From NCBI GenBank assembly GCA_027339965.1, contig DAHWNL010000065.1:1-23077 (forward strand): a stretch of DNA of 23,077 nt, given 5' to 3'. The first letter of the stretch is position 1. The number at the start of each line of letters is the position of its first letter. The notes below the pieces were generated by a model. That model was not told the DNA's origin, searched no databases, and saw only the letters and a list, made by a program, of their open reading frames with translations. Positions 9,657 through 18,754 of the stretch are shown here, one piece after another. The position numbers and the translations under genes were made by a program. The DNA is from Granulicella sp. (GTDB lineage: Bacteria; Acidobacteriota; Terriglobia; Terriglobales; Acidobacteriaceae).

Positions 9657-10066
9657 TCAGCGCATAACATCTCCGGTGGAAGTAGAAACGAGATATCCGT
9701 ATAGCGAATGCTTCCGGATCCTGGCCCGCGGCATGAGTGCCATGCAAACCGGCGTACCGGGTGACGAGATTGAGAAAGAAGGGATTGCCGGCGCCATCCC
9801 CAGATGAATTCGTATTAGCTCCCCAACGTATCCATACACGGTCTTATCGGCCTTCTCTGCGTCTGTGGATTCCCCTTCACCTGCACAGGCCAGGGGATTG
9901 GCGAGCCGTTCACCCGCTTTGAGATGACGAACTCAAACCCCTTGTCACGGTGCGGGAAACAAACATCCCATCCCGCGTCTGCGAGGCAACCTGCAACGTG
10001 AAGTTCCACCAAATAGCCGAAGACTTTCATGGAGACTTCCTTCACTGCCTCTCCTGGTTGCGGCAT
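9657..10066 (-). pseudogene. frameshifted PD-(D/E)XK nuclease-like gene remnant
   Basis: GYLVELHVAGCLADAGWDVCFPHRDKGFEFVISK...PVQVKG has the E..V...L...G..V......D.G.D......QVK layout of restriction-endonuclease-like proteins (second D replaced by E). It continues in another frame near 9870 as TDAEKADKTVYGYVGELIRIH... Confidence 0.55.
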
Positions 10067-10680
10067 CAGCTCTTGTGTAACCCCATTTCTCGGTTTTGCG
10101 GTCTTTTGGCTCTTGAACAGAAAATGTAAAAATAGCCAATTTAGGATGCCTCTTCAAAAGCGACGGGCTAAATCCTGACGGAAAAGGCCGTGGCTTTCGA
10201 ACGGGGGAAGGATGGGCATCGGCTCCACTCCACCCTGAGCGAAAGAGAAGAAAGCCGAAGACGAGACGACGCTGCACTGCCCGGGCGCTCATGATCCTCA
10301 CAATTTCGGATTCCGTTTGGATCCCAAGGAGGCGGCCAAGCCACGCAAAGTCGCCCTGTACAGGCACAAGCTCCCTGCAAAAGCCAGGCGATCGCCGCGG
10401 AGCCTTTTGCCTTCACGGCAAAACAGCTCTACCTCCCCAATAGGCTATCCAGACCCGCGATTCAGGCCTGCAGTCCGGACCTGCCATCGCCGCGCAACCA
10501 GACTCTTCAACATGAACGGATTGTCATTCTGTTCCGAGCTGCGGGGTACACGTCTGCGGACGGAGATCTCGTCTTACCCGATGTTCGCAGGGTTACCTCA
10601 GGATCATCCCCCTCTCTGGAGCAGATGCTTCGCGGCGCACGGAACGGTTGACTCCGGTATCCTGATGGAGGGAAACCCTT

Positions 10681-11742
10681 ATGAGCACGGCTTATCTGAA
10701 TCGCATTGCCACGGCAGTACCTGAGCACGATGTGCATGACGCCTTCGTGATCTTCGCGGAGCGCATGCTGAACGACCCACGGATGCGTGCTCTGTTCCGG
10801 CGAATGGCAAGCCGCGCCGAGATCGCTCATCGCTACTCGTTCCTCGATCCCTACCGCACCAAGCCCAACTTCTACTCGCACGACGCCCATGAGTTCTATC
10901 GCCTGGGCAACTTTCCTCACACCGCGCGGCGCATGGAGGTGTTCGAACAATGCGCGCCGGCACTGATGCGCCAGGCGGTCGACCGGCTGGCGCTCAGTGA
11001 AGAAGAGCGCTCCGGCGTTACCCATGTGCTGGTGACCTGTTGTACCGGGCTCTATGCGCCGGGACTGGACTTTGAGATCGTCGACTACCTCGGCCTCTCC
11101 CCCAGCGTCGAGCGCACGATGGTTGGATTCATGGGATGCTATGCGGCGATCAACGCGCTCAAGCTGGCGCGGCATATCATTCGCTCTGACCCGAACGCCG
11201 GCGTGCTGATGCTGAACCTGGAGCTATGCTCGCTACACCTGCAGGAGACCCAGGATCTGGAGCAGGTGCTCTCCTTCCTGGTCTTTGCCGACGGCGCCGC
11301 GGCCAGCCTGATTACCGGCCGGGAGCAAGGTTTGGCTCTGGACAGCTTCCGCGCCGTGATGGTGCCGGAGACACGCGATCTGATTACCTGGAAGATCCGC
11401 GGGCTGGGCTTCGATATGCTGCTCTCCGGGCAGGTGCCGGGCGAGCTGGGACGCGCGCTGCACCAGAGCGGGCTGATGTCCGCAAGTCATGAGATTGACC
11501 TGTGGGCGGTGCATCCCGGCGGCCGCTCGGTTCTGGATGCGGTGGAGCGCGGGCTGGAGCTGCCCGCCAGCTCGCTGGCGGCGTCACGCAACGTACTCTC
11601 AAGCTTTGGAAACATGTCCTCGGCCACCGTGATGTTTGTGTTGCAGGAGATCATGCAGCAGGCGCGCCCTGGACAACTGGGCTGCGCGATGTCCTTCGGC
11701 CCCGGACTGACGGCGGAGACCATGCGCTTCCATGCGGTCTAA
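10681..11742 (+). CDS. Type III polyketide synthase (chalcone/stilbene synthase family)
   Basis: Catalytic triad motifs GFMGCYAA (Cys), WAVHPGG (His), GNMSSATV (Asn); also ELCSLH, FADGAAA, SFGPGLTAE. GGAGGG RBS. Confidence 0.95.
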   Translation: MSTAYLNRIATAVPEHDVHDAFVIFAERMLNDPRMRALFRRMASRAEIAHRYSFLDPYRTKPNFYSHDAHEFYRLGNFPHTARRMEVFEQCAPALMRQAVDRLALSEEERSGVTHVLVTCCTGLYAPGLDFEIVDYLGLSPSVERTMVGFMGCYAAINALKLARHIIRSDPNAGVLMLNLELCSLHLQETQDLEQVLSFLVFADGAAASLITGREQGLALDSFRAVMVPETRDLITWKIRGLGFDMLLSGQVPGELGRALHQSGLMSASHEIDLWAVHPGGRSVLDAVERGLELPASSLAASRNVLSSFGNMSSATVMFVLQEIMQQARPGQLGCAMSFGPGLTAETMRFHAV

Positions 11743-12445
11743 TGGGAAGATCGACTTCAGCCGCCGCGTCTCTCCCCGCGAGCTGCCGGAGTGGATGGAC
11801 GGCGAGTGCAGCTATGAGCAGTTCCGCGACTGCCTGCGCAGCCTGGAAAAGGTGAATCGCCTGTTCCTCGGCTACCGGCCCACGCTGAGTTGGCTCAAGC
11901 GGGTGCCGCGGGAGAAACAGGATCCGATCTACATCGTGGATGTGGGCAGCGGTGGGGGCGATCTGCTGCGCCGCATTGCAAGTTGGGCGTCCAGACGGAA
12001 GATCCAAGTGCGTCTGACCGGAGTCGATCTGAACCCAATGGCCGCGCGCGCCGCCGCGGAGTTCACGCCTCAGGAGCTGGGCATCACCTGGGTAACCGGC
12101 GACGCCATGGCGCATCGGCCGGACCACCCCATTCACATCATCGTCAGCTCCCTGATGACGCATCATCTGGAGGACGAGGAGATCGTCGCGCTGCTGCGCT
12201 GGATGGAGAGTACGGCCACGAAGGGCTGGTTCATCAACGATCTGGAGCGGGCAGAGTGGAGCAGCCGGATGTTTGGCCGGCTCCCCTGGCATCCCATGGT
12301 GCGCCATGACGGGCCCGTGTCCTTCCGCCGCGCCTTTCGCCACGACGATTGGCGGCGGCTGCTGGCCGCGGCGGAGATTCCGCAGGAGGCTGCGACCATC
12401 GAACGATGGCGGCCGGGACGGCTGTGCGTAGGACGGCGGAAGTGA
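11732..12445 (+). CDS. Class I SAM-dependent methyltransferase associated with type III PKS
   Basis: Motif I IVDVGSGGGD, GVDLNP, SSLMTHHL, INDLER, HDGPVSFRRAF and N-terminal EWMD. Start overlaps the PKS stop by 11 nt. Confidence 0.9.
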   Translation: MRSNGKIDFSRRVSPRELPEWMDGECSYEQFRDCLRSLEKVNRLFLGYRPTLSWLKRVPREKQDPIYIVDVGSGGGDLLRRIASWASRRKIQVRLTGVDLNPMAARAAAEFTPQELGITWVTGDAMAHRPDHPIHIIVSSLMTHHLEDEEIVALLRWMESTATKGWFINDLERAEWSSRMFGRLPWHPMVRHDGPVSFRRAFRHDDWRRLLAAAEIPQEAATIERWRPGRLCVGRRK

Positions 12446-12505
12446 GGCCGAGCGGGCTTCCATCCGAATCCACGCTCTGATCGTCCAATCTGGAAGAAGC
12501 AACCC

Positions 12506-13168
12506 ATGCCCACCACCACACTTGTTGCGCCCAAGACCTCCGGTTCCAGGTTCAAGATCATCCTCTGGGTCTCGCTCGGCCTCATCACGCTCTTTGTTTT
12601 CATCACCTCAGAGCTGTTACTGGTCACCGATTACCCGATGTACCACGCCTACCGCCTGCAGGTGATCGCTGACCGCCATCTTCTGATTCCGCATACCCTT
12701 GCAGGGCTGACGGCGCTGCTGGCCGGCCCCTTCCAGTTCTCCTCGCGATTTCGCCGGAGTCACATGACCGTCCATCGTCTGCTGGGACGCCTGTACGTTA
12801 TCTCCGTCATTGTCGGCTCCTTCACCGGCATCGCCTTGGCTGCGGGCCGTCCGGGATTGCCGGGAACCTCCATGCAGGCGGCTGCCTGGATGGTCTGCAC
12901 TGCGGCCGCCTTCATCACCGCGCGCAACGGCCAGATCACAGCGCATCGCCAATGGATGGCCCGCTCTTATGCGGTGACGTTCACTTTTGTCTCCAGCCGC
13001 ATCCTCAACCTCTGGCCGGCGTACTGGAGCCACCTGGGCGATGTGCTGGCCGCGGTTGGGGTCATTGCCTTCACGCTGGCCTCGCTGCTGATCGTGGACC
13101 TGGGGCTGAACTGGCATGAGCTCACCACCCGCCGCAGGGCCGCGGCGGGTGGTGAGATGATCGAGTGA
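12506..13168 (+). CDS. DUF2306-like membrane protein
   Basis: About 6 TM helices with conserved His motifs: PHTLAG..ALLAGPFQF, HRLLGRLYV, HRQWMARSYA. Confidence 0.8.
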   Translation: MPTTTLVAPKTSGSRFKIILWVSLGLITLFVFITSELLLVTDYPMYHAYRLQVIADRHLLIPHTLAGLTALLAGPFQFSSRFRRSHMTVHRLLGRLYVISVIVGSFTGIALAAGRPGLPGTSMQAAAWMVCTAAAFITARNGQITAHRQWMARSYAVTFTFVSSRILNLWPAYWSHLGDVLAAVGVIAFTLASLLIVDLGLNWHELTTRRRAAAGGEMIE

Positions 13169-13176
13169 GATGATCG
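13152..13176. repeat. 13-bp tandem duplication at the DUF2306 stop (GTGAGATGATCG[A/G])
   Basis: Direct read of the sequence. Confidence 0.85.
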
Positions 13177-13199
13177 GGTAGCAGGGAGACTCCAGCAAC

Positions 13200-13991
13200 C
13201 TACCTCGGAAAGCGCGTCCCTTCCAGATCCGAGGTGACCACCGGGCCCGAGCCCCCGAGTTGACCCACGATCCGGACCACCGCCGGCTCTGCGCCCTGGC
13301 TGATCCAGACCATCACATCCTTGGGCTGCAAGCCGAGCAGGGACGCAATCCATCCCGTGATGCCGCCCAGCTCCGGATGAATGCGGAAGACCGTTGCTTC
13401 CTGGTCTTCTCCGTTCCATTGGAACCGCTGCCGGCTATCCGGCGAGATCAGAAGATGAACCAGCCGGCCGCCTTCCACGGGCGCCACTATCTGCACCTGG
13501 AACGGCGAGGCATCGGTAGGAACGCTCAACAGCAGCGTGCCAATGAAGCCATTCGCCAGGTCGGCAGGCAGATTCATATGCCGGCTTTCGACACGCGTCT
13601 GGCCGTTCCACCCCGGGACGCGACCGGTCACCACGCCGGTCCTGGCATCCACCGTAAAGTCGATTGGCCTGGCAAAGAAAGGTCCCGTTTGAAGATGATG
13701 GTCGCGCAGCAGGCGGAACACACCCTTCTGGCTGAAGGTGGTCTTCTCATCGTCGATCGATCCGTCCAGAAAGCGAAAGGTCAGGCGCAGGGTGACATCG
13801 TCTCCCTGGACAACCTGAGAAAACTCCACCCGCCCGAGAGTCTTGCCGGCCTGAGAGCGGATCACCATGGAGCAATGCATCGGACGTTGGATGTGCCGGA
13901 CGGGAATCTGCTCGGCCGGCGCTGGGATGGTCCAGGCCAGCGCCGGCAGAAGGCAGAATAGTGCAGGGAAGGTCCTGATTCCGGGTTTCAT
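13200..13991 (-). CDS. Secreted hypothetical protein (beta-rich, DUF3108-like)
   Basis: Likely start ATG at 13991 (AAGGGAAGG RBS), signal peptide MKPGIRTFPALFCLLPALAWTIPAPA-EQ; 263 aa with alternating beta-strand patterns. Confidence 0.75.
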   Translation of the reverse strand: MKPGIRTFPALFCLLPALAWTIPAPAEQIPVRHIQRPMHCSMVIRSQAGKTLGRVEFSQVVQGDDVTLRLTFRFLDGSIDDEKTTFSQKGVFRLLRDHHLQTGPFFARPIDFTVDARTGVVTGRVPGWNGQTRVESRHMNLPADLANGFIGTLLLSVPTDASPFQVQIVAPVEGGRLVHLLISPDSRQRFQWNGEDQEATVFRIHPELGGITGWIASLLGLQPKDVMVWISQGAEPAVVRIVGQLGGSGPVVTSDLEGTRFPR

Positions 13992-14185
13992 CCTTCCCTT
14001 TGGACGCAGTGGCTCGGCAGGCGCAGCTTGGACTCGGCCGCGCGGCAGGCGCGGCCGGGACGCGCGATCGGGCGCCAGATGACGATTCATTCATTTGTGG
14101 GGTCGAAACTCCCTATCCGGCGTCTACTCGGCAGAGACAATCTCGCGAGTGAGATGGTGGGAGATTCCAAGCGTTGAGGAGACGT

Positions 14186-15322
14186 GTGTTGCAGGACGAA
14201 GTTCTGGTCTTGGGGGGTGGGGTGGGCGGATGCGCTGCTTCGATTGCGCTAGCCCGCAACGGACGCGCGGTGAGGATGATCGAACGCGAGCCCGCGCCGC
14301 GGCACAAGGTCTGCGGGGAGTTCCTGAGCGGCGAAGCCCTGGAAGATTTGAGTGCTCTGGGCATCGACGTTGCGTCGCTGGGCGCTGTTCCCATTGACTA
14401 CGTGCGTCTGGCCGCGTCCAGACGGGCCGCGGAGGCACCGCTTCCCTTCCCTGCGAAGTCGCTGACCCGCAAGACGCTGGACACTGCGCTGATCGCCGAG
14501 GCGATCGAGGCCGGGGTTCGCATCGAGCGTGGCCGCAGCGTGCAGTCGTTCACGCGCAGCGCGGAAGGCGGTTGGCAGGCGCGGCTGGACAATGGTGAGC
14601 TCTGCGAGGCTCCCACCGCCTTTCTGGCGACAGGAAAACACGACCTGCGCAGCCATCGCCGGCCCGACGATCCGCAGCGCTGGGTAGCCTTCAAGATGTA
14701 CTACCGGCTTGCGCCCGCTCAGGCTGCCGAGCTGGCGGGCGCCTCCGAGCTGATGCTGTACCCGGGAGGCTACGGTGGCATCCAGCCGGTCGAGGGCGGC
14801 ATCGCCAATCTCTGCTGGGTGGTGCAGCAGCGGCATCTGGCGCGCGCCGACTATCGTTGGGACCGATTCCTGTTGAAGATGCAGGAGAAATGCCCGCATC
14901 TTGCGATGCGGCTGGCCGGGGCTGAACCTTTGCTGGAAAAGCCGATCTCCGTCACCCGAATCCCCTACGGCTATCTTCGGCCCCGCACGGAGCCTGGGCT
15001 CTACTGCGTCGGCGATCAGGCTGCCGTCATCCCCTCATTCACCGGCGATGGCATCTCCATCGCCCTGCATACGGCTCGCTGCGCTGTGACCGCGTATCTG
15101 GCCGGCCAGCCCGCGCCCCTCTTCCAGCCCCGCCTGCGCTCCGCGCTGCTGCTCCAGATGCGCTTGGCCCAGTTCGCCGCTGCCGGCATTAACAATGGGC
15201 CGGCGCGCGCCATCCTGCCGTTTTGCCTCCGCCTGTGGCCGGGAGTGATGCAAGTCACCGCCCGGCTGACGCGCGTGGCCGCCGGGCAGGCCGCCTTGGC
15301 CTCCCAAACGATCGCGGGATGA
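14186..15322 (+). CDS. FAD-dependent oxidoreductase (geranylgeranyl-reductase/flavin monooxygenase superfamily)
   Basis: GAGGAG RBS then GTG/TTG. Motifs VLVLGGGVGG (FAD), KVCGEFLSGE, LATGKH and VGDQAAVIPSFTGDGISIAL. Confidence 0.9.
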   Translation: MLQDEVLVLGGGVGGCAASIALARNGRAVRMIEREPAPRHKVCGEFLSGEALEDLSALGIDVASLGAVPIDYVRLAASRRAAEAPLPFPAKSLTRKTLDTALIAEAIEAGVRIERGRSVQSFTRSAEGGWQARLDNGELCEAPTAFLATGKHDLRSHRRPDDPQRWVAFKMYYRLAPAQAAELAGASELMLYPGGYGGIQPVEGGIANLCWVVQQRHLARADYRWDRFLLKMQEKCPHLAMRLAGAEPLLEKPISVTRIPYGYLRPRTEPGLYCVGDQAAVIPSFTGDGISIALHTARCAVTAYLAGQPAPLFQPRLRSALLLQMRLAQFAAAGINNGPARAILPFCLRLWPGVMQVTARLTRVAAGQAALASQTIAG

Positions 15323-15351
15323 GTTCGAGGATCGCGGGATGACTTCGAGGA
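15310..15351. repeat. 20-bp tandem duplication spanning the oxidoreductase stop codon
   Basis: GATCGCGGGATGAGTTCGAG GATCGCGGGATGACTTCGAG GA (1 mismatch). Confidence 0.9.
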
Positions 15352-15635
15352 GTTCATCGATCCGTTCAAATCAGTTCATTGGTCTCCACAGGCGCACTCC
15401 CCCAAGGATTTGCAACGGCAGAAGTGGCGCGGGCCGGCAAGGCTTGCGGAAGCAAACCGGCAGACAGCTAGGCGCGGCTGAACGTCGGCGGCTCTCGGAG
15501 ACCCACTCCCGGCCTGGGCCCCGACTGCCGGCATGGCGGCGGGGAGTGGCAAACAAGGTGACGCGGTATGTGCAAGGATCTGCATATTCTGCTTCCCGTT
15601 TGGCTCTATCTTATTGATTTCAAATAAATAAAAAT

Positions 15636-15650
15636 TGGCAATTGAGTTGC
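15636..15650 (+). promoter_or_regulatory. sigma54 (-24/-12) promoter candidate
   Basis: TGGCAATTGAGTTGC = GG-N10-GC with TGGCA and TTGC. Preceded by an AT-rich tract with an IHF-like site (15607-15619) and a dyad at 15568-15587. Confidence 0.55.
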
Positions 15651-15775
15651 CTTTCTGCGTTGTGTTCCCGAATGGGCTTCAAGGAGTTCACTCCTTCGGT
15701 TCGATCTTCGGGGCACAGGACCTCTTCGCTTCCAGACTTTGGCGGCATCGAGGAACCCATCAGAAAGGTACGACC

Positions 15776-15892
15776 ATGAAACCTTTGTTTACCTTTGTCT
15801 CCGACAACTCTCCCTTCTTCTTCATCTGCGGTGTTGTGCTCAGCATCGCGAGCAGTCTCCTGTTCTCCACAGCCGCCTACCTGCGCATCTGA
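15776..15892 (+). CDS. 38-aa single-TM small membrane protein
   Basis: AGAAAGGT RBS then ATG: MKPLFTFVSDNSPFFFICGVVLSIASSLLFSTAAYLRI*. GC3-rich codons in the hydrophobic segment; hairpin directly downstream. Confidence 0.6.
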   Translation: MKPLFTFVSDNSPFFFICGVVLSIASSLLFSTAAYLRI

Positions 15893-15899
15893 TCGCTGC

Positions 15900-15929
15900 C
15901 AGCAGAGACAGGTCTGCCGGCCTCTGCTG
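15900..15929 (+). terminator. hairpin immediately after the small ORF
   Basis: CAGCAGAG...CTCTGCTG 8-bp stem with inner pairing; no U-tract. Confidence 0.35.
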
Positions 15930-16307
15930 CCGCGTGCCCAATTTGGTTTCGACTCCGCGTGCCCAATTTCGTTGCGACTCTCGAAGGCGCGCCTTCCTCC
16001 CTTCTCCAGAAGATCGCCTAGAAGGGCTCCGCGGCGGTCCCAGCGGATTGCGGCAGGCTCCTCATGGAAGGCATCTCCGGCCACGCGGCCCTGCAGCGGG
16101 CTTGCGCCGGTCGAGGACGCGCGGCCCGGACCTGCATCTCTACCCCACAAAAGAAGATGACGTTCCGGATCACGGGTGCACTGCGGCCAGCGCTCAACCC
16201 GGCTGGACCCACCCCTTGGATTTCATCCCGGATGCAGGCCCTGCCGAGCGAAGATCAGATCCAGACTCTGCTTTGCACCCAACTGCGTGCCCGGTCTGAC
16301 CAAGGGA

Positions 16308-18140
16308 CTAAGCCGTTAGAGGACGGATGTTCCGCGCGGCTCCAGATGGGCGGACCGAAGGTGGACCGATTCTGTGGTCGGCGTCTCTATCCGCGGGGAC
16401 TTTGGCCATCTGCCTGGCCAGCTCCTCCGCCGGCACTGGCCGGGAGAGAAGGTATCCCTGCATCCCGTCACAACCCAGCCGGCTGAGGATCGTCCTCTGC
16501 TCTTCCTGCTCGACGCCCTCGGCCACAACTTCCATCTTCATGCTGTGCCCCACCGCGATGATGGCCTTGACGATGGGATAGCTGCTGGACGCATCGCACA
16601 GTCTATGGACAAAGCTGCGGTCGATCTTCACAGTCGAGATCGGCAGCCGGTGCAGATGCTGCAGGGAGGAGTACCCTGTCCCGAAGTCGTCCACGGTAAA
16701 CCTCACCCCCATGCCGGAGAGCTCCTGCATTTCGGGCAGGATCTCATCCACATTGATGATCGCCCTCTCGATGATCTCCATCTCCAGGCACGCCGGGTCA
16801 ATCTTCCACCTCTTCAAAGACCTTGCGGTCTCCTGAGCAAATTCCTTGCGCTTCAACTGCATGGGCGAGATGTTTACCGCGACTCGTAGCGGCCTGGTCA
16901 TCGTTTTGTTCCACTGGTCTATCTGGCGGCAGACCGCATCCACCACGCAGCGTCCCACCGGATAGATCATCCCGTTATCTTCGGCGCGGGCGATCGCCCG
17001 GTCAGGATGGATATATTCCTGGCAGTGATCCTTCAGCCTGAGAAACGCCTCGGCCGCGCGCAATCCGCCCTGGGCCGAGTACTGGAGCTGATAGTGCAAC
17101 AGGGGCCCGCCCGCAGCCAGCATTCCGCGCAGGGATCCGTCCAGCGACTGGCTGTCATCGGCGGTGCTGCCGGCATCCGGGCCCGCCACGGCAAAGCGGT
17201 TGCCGCCGGCGCGTTTGGCCCGGTACATGGCCGCATCCGCTGCGCGCCATACTTGGTGCATATCCGAGCCGTGGTCCGGATAGATGGCGATGCCCAGACT
17301 GGCGCGCGGCTCCATGGTGTAGCCGCCGATCAGCGCAGGCTTGTTCAAGGCCTGCAACAGCATCTTCCCCACCAGGCCGGCAGCGTCAGCGCTGCTGATC
17401 TCTCCCAACACGACCGCGAACTCATCGCCTCCCAGCCGCGCCACGGTATCCATTCCGCGCAGGCGGCTGGTGAGCAGCCCGGCGATATGTTTCAGGTATT
17501 CATCCCCGACCGTATGGCCGTACCAGTCATTCACCTTTTTGAAGTTGTCCAAATCGACGCAGATGATTGCCGTCCTGTGCTTCAGTCTCTGCGCCGAACT
17601 CATCGCCGAGGCCATCCGGTCAGCCAGCAGCGTACGGTTAGGAAGCCCGGTCAAGGCATCATGATGGGCCATTTGAACCAGCTCCGCATTCAAATGCCAG
17701 CGCTCCGTGATGTCTTCGGCGATCACCAGCTTGCAGACTCGCCCAAGATGATGAAGCTCGTTGGAACGCACCGCTACATTCAACTGCGTGCCATCTCTGC
17801 GCCGATGGCGCTGCACCAAATCGGCCGCAGGTCCCGGCTGGCCTTCGAGCGGGCGGCAGGGGATCTCTTCGGCCTCGCCGGAGATCACGATGTCGCTCAG
17901 CTTGAGCTCAAGAAACTCCTCGCGGCTATATCCATACTGCGTCAGCGCGCTCTGGTTGGCATCCAGAAACTTCAGCGTGACCGTGTCATAGATCCAGATC
18001 GCCAGCGGGTTCCCGTTAAACAGAATACTCACCGCTGAGATAGGAGATTCAGGAGCAGTGGCCCCGCGGTCCTTTGGAACGTCCGTTCGCATACCAGGTT
18101 CCTTCAGCTTCGTATCCGTTGAACTGAGTCTCAGTTCCAT
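16308..18140 (-). CDS. PAS-GGDEF-EAL diguanylate cyclase/phosphodiesterase
   Basis: PAS (FLDANQSALTQYGYSREEF), HDALTGLPNR, DLDNFKKVND, RGMD-x5-GGDEF. EAL domain with EAFLR, VNISPMQL, DDFGTGYSSL, KIDRSFV, AEGVE, QGY. The start could alternatively be ATG 18092. Confidence 0.93.
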   Translation of the reverse strand: MELRLSSTDTKLKEPGMRTDVPKDRGATAPESPISAVSILFNGNPLAIWIYDTVTLKFLDANQSALTQYGYSREEFLELKLSDIVISGEAEEIPCRPLEGQPGPAADLVQRHRRRDGTQLNVAVRSNELHHLGRVCKLVIAEDITERWHLNAELVQMAHHDALTGLPNRTLLADRMASAMSSAQRLKHRTAIICVDLDNFKKVNDWYGHTVGDEYLKHIAGLLTSRLRGMDTVARLGGDEFAVVLGEISSADAAGLVGKMLLQALNKPALIGGYTMEPRASLGIAIYPDHGSDMHQVWRAADAAMYRAKRAGGNRFAVAGPDAGSTADDSQSLDGSLRGMLAAGGPLLHYQLQYSAQGGLRAAEAFLRLKDHCQEYIHPDRAIARAEDNGMIYPVGRCVVDAVCRQIDQWNKTMTRPLRVAVNISPMQLKRKEFAQETARSLKRWKIDPACLEMEIIERAIINVDEILPEMQELSGMGVRFTVDDFGTGYSSLQHLHRLPISTVKIDRSFVHRLCDASSSYPIVKAIIAVGHSMKMEVVAEGVEQEEQRTILSRLGCDGMQGYLLSRPVPAEELARQMAKVPADRDADHRIGPPSVRPSGAARNIRPLTA

Positions 18141-18288
18141 ATGCGAACAACGCCCTTCGCATACAAACCCTTCGGCTGCCAGGAGCCCACCCTGTCGGAA
18201 TACCAGAGATCGAACTCACGCTGGAGATCAAATCATGCATGAGATGCAAACGGGGAAGACCAGGCGAAAAACGCCGGGCGAATCTCGT

Positions 18289-18316
18289 CTCCCTGGCTCC
18301 CTGGCTCCCCGGCTCC
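18289..18316. repeat. 8-bp tandem repeat (CTCCCTGG, ~3.5 copies)
   Basis: Direct read of the sequence. Confidence 0.8.
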
Positions 18317-18494
18317 TCCCAAAGCAACATAGCGTGTGGTTAGATTACCGCTAAAAGCAGTGATCCGGCGCACATCTTCCGTCCTTTTTTGCGGCAGCAA
18401 TCCCTGCCTCCACTTCAGCATCCATTCGTAACCATCCGCACACCAGAAATGTTATAGGCAAGTAAACAAATTACCGTCCAAGGGCTCGCCCCAA

Positions 18495-18527
18495 GCCCCA
18501 TGGCAGTTGCCCCATGGCAGTTGCCCC
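18495..18527. repeat. 14-bp tandem repeat (GCCCCATGGCAGTT, ~2.4 copies)
   Basis: Direct read of the sequence. Confidence 0.9.
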
Positions 18528-18719
18528 TTGCCCAGCCCTGTTCACCCAGCCACCACCGCCCCGCCGGAGCGATTGACCGAGGGTGGGACATTCGCGAGGC
18601 CATCTCGCCAGCCTCTGCCCGGCGCGGCGCACAGCCTGGAGTTCGTCTGCTCCCGCCAAACGGGGTTGCCGATGACTCTTGTGCATCCAGCACGCCGGCA
18701 ACTGGCTTGGCGTCTCCTT

Positions 18720-18754
18720 GAGCAACGACTTCCGCAGAGCAACGACTTCCGCAG
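18720..18754. repeat. 17-bp tandem duplication (GAGCAACGACTTCCGCA x2)
   Basis: Direct read of the sequence. Confidence 0.9.

Noticed and set aside
14186..15322. Flavin-dependent halogenase call for the oxidoreductase
   Set aside because: No WxWxIP motif; the motifs fit the GGR/monooxygenase-like group.
15448..15500. c-di-GMP-I riboswitch-like GCAAAC...GGCGC
   Set aside because: Lacks the GAAA tetraloop, the CGCAAA junction and a convincing second stem.
18620..18675. CGGGGTTGCCGA resembling the 3' end of a c-di-GMP-I riboswitch
   Set aside because: No 5' GCAAAC/GNRA stem, and it is on the strand opposite to the GGDEF-EAL gene.
18289..18754. CRISPR-like array from clustered repeats
   Set aside because: The repeats are unrelated tandem duplications with no spacers, and no cas genes are present.
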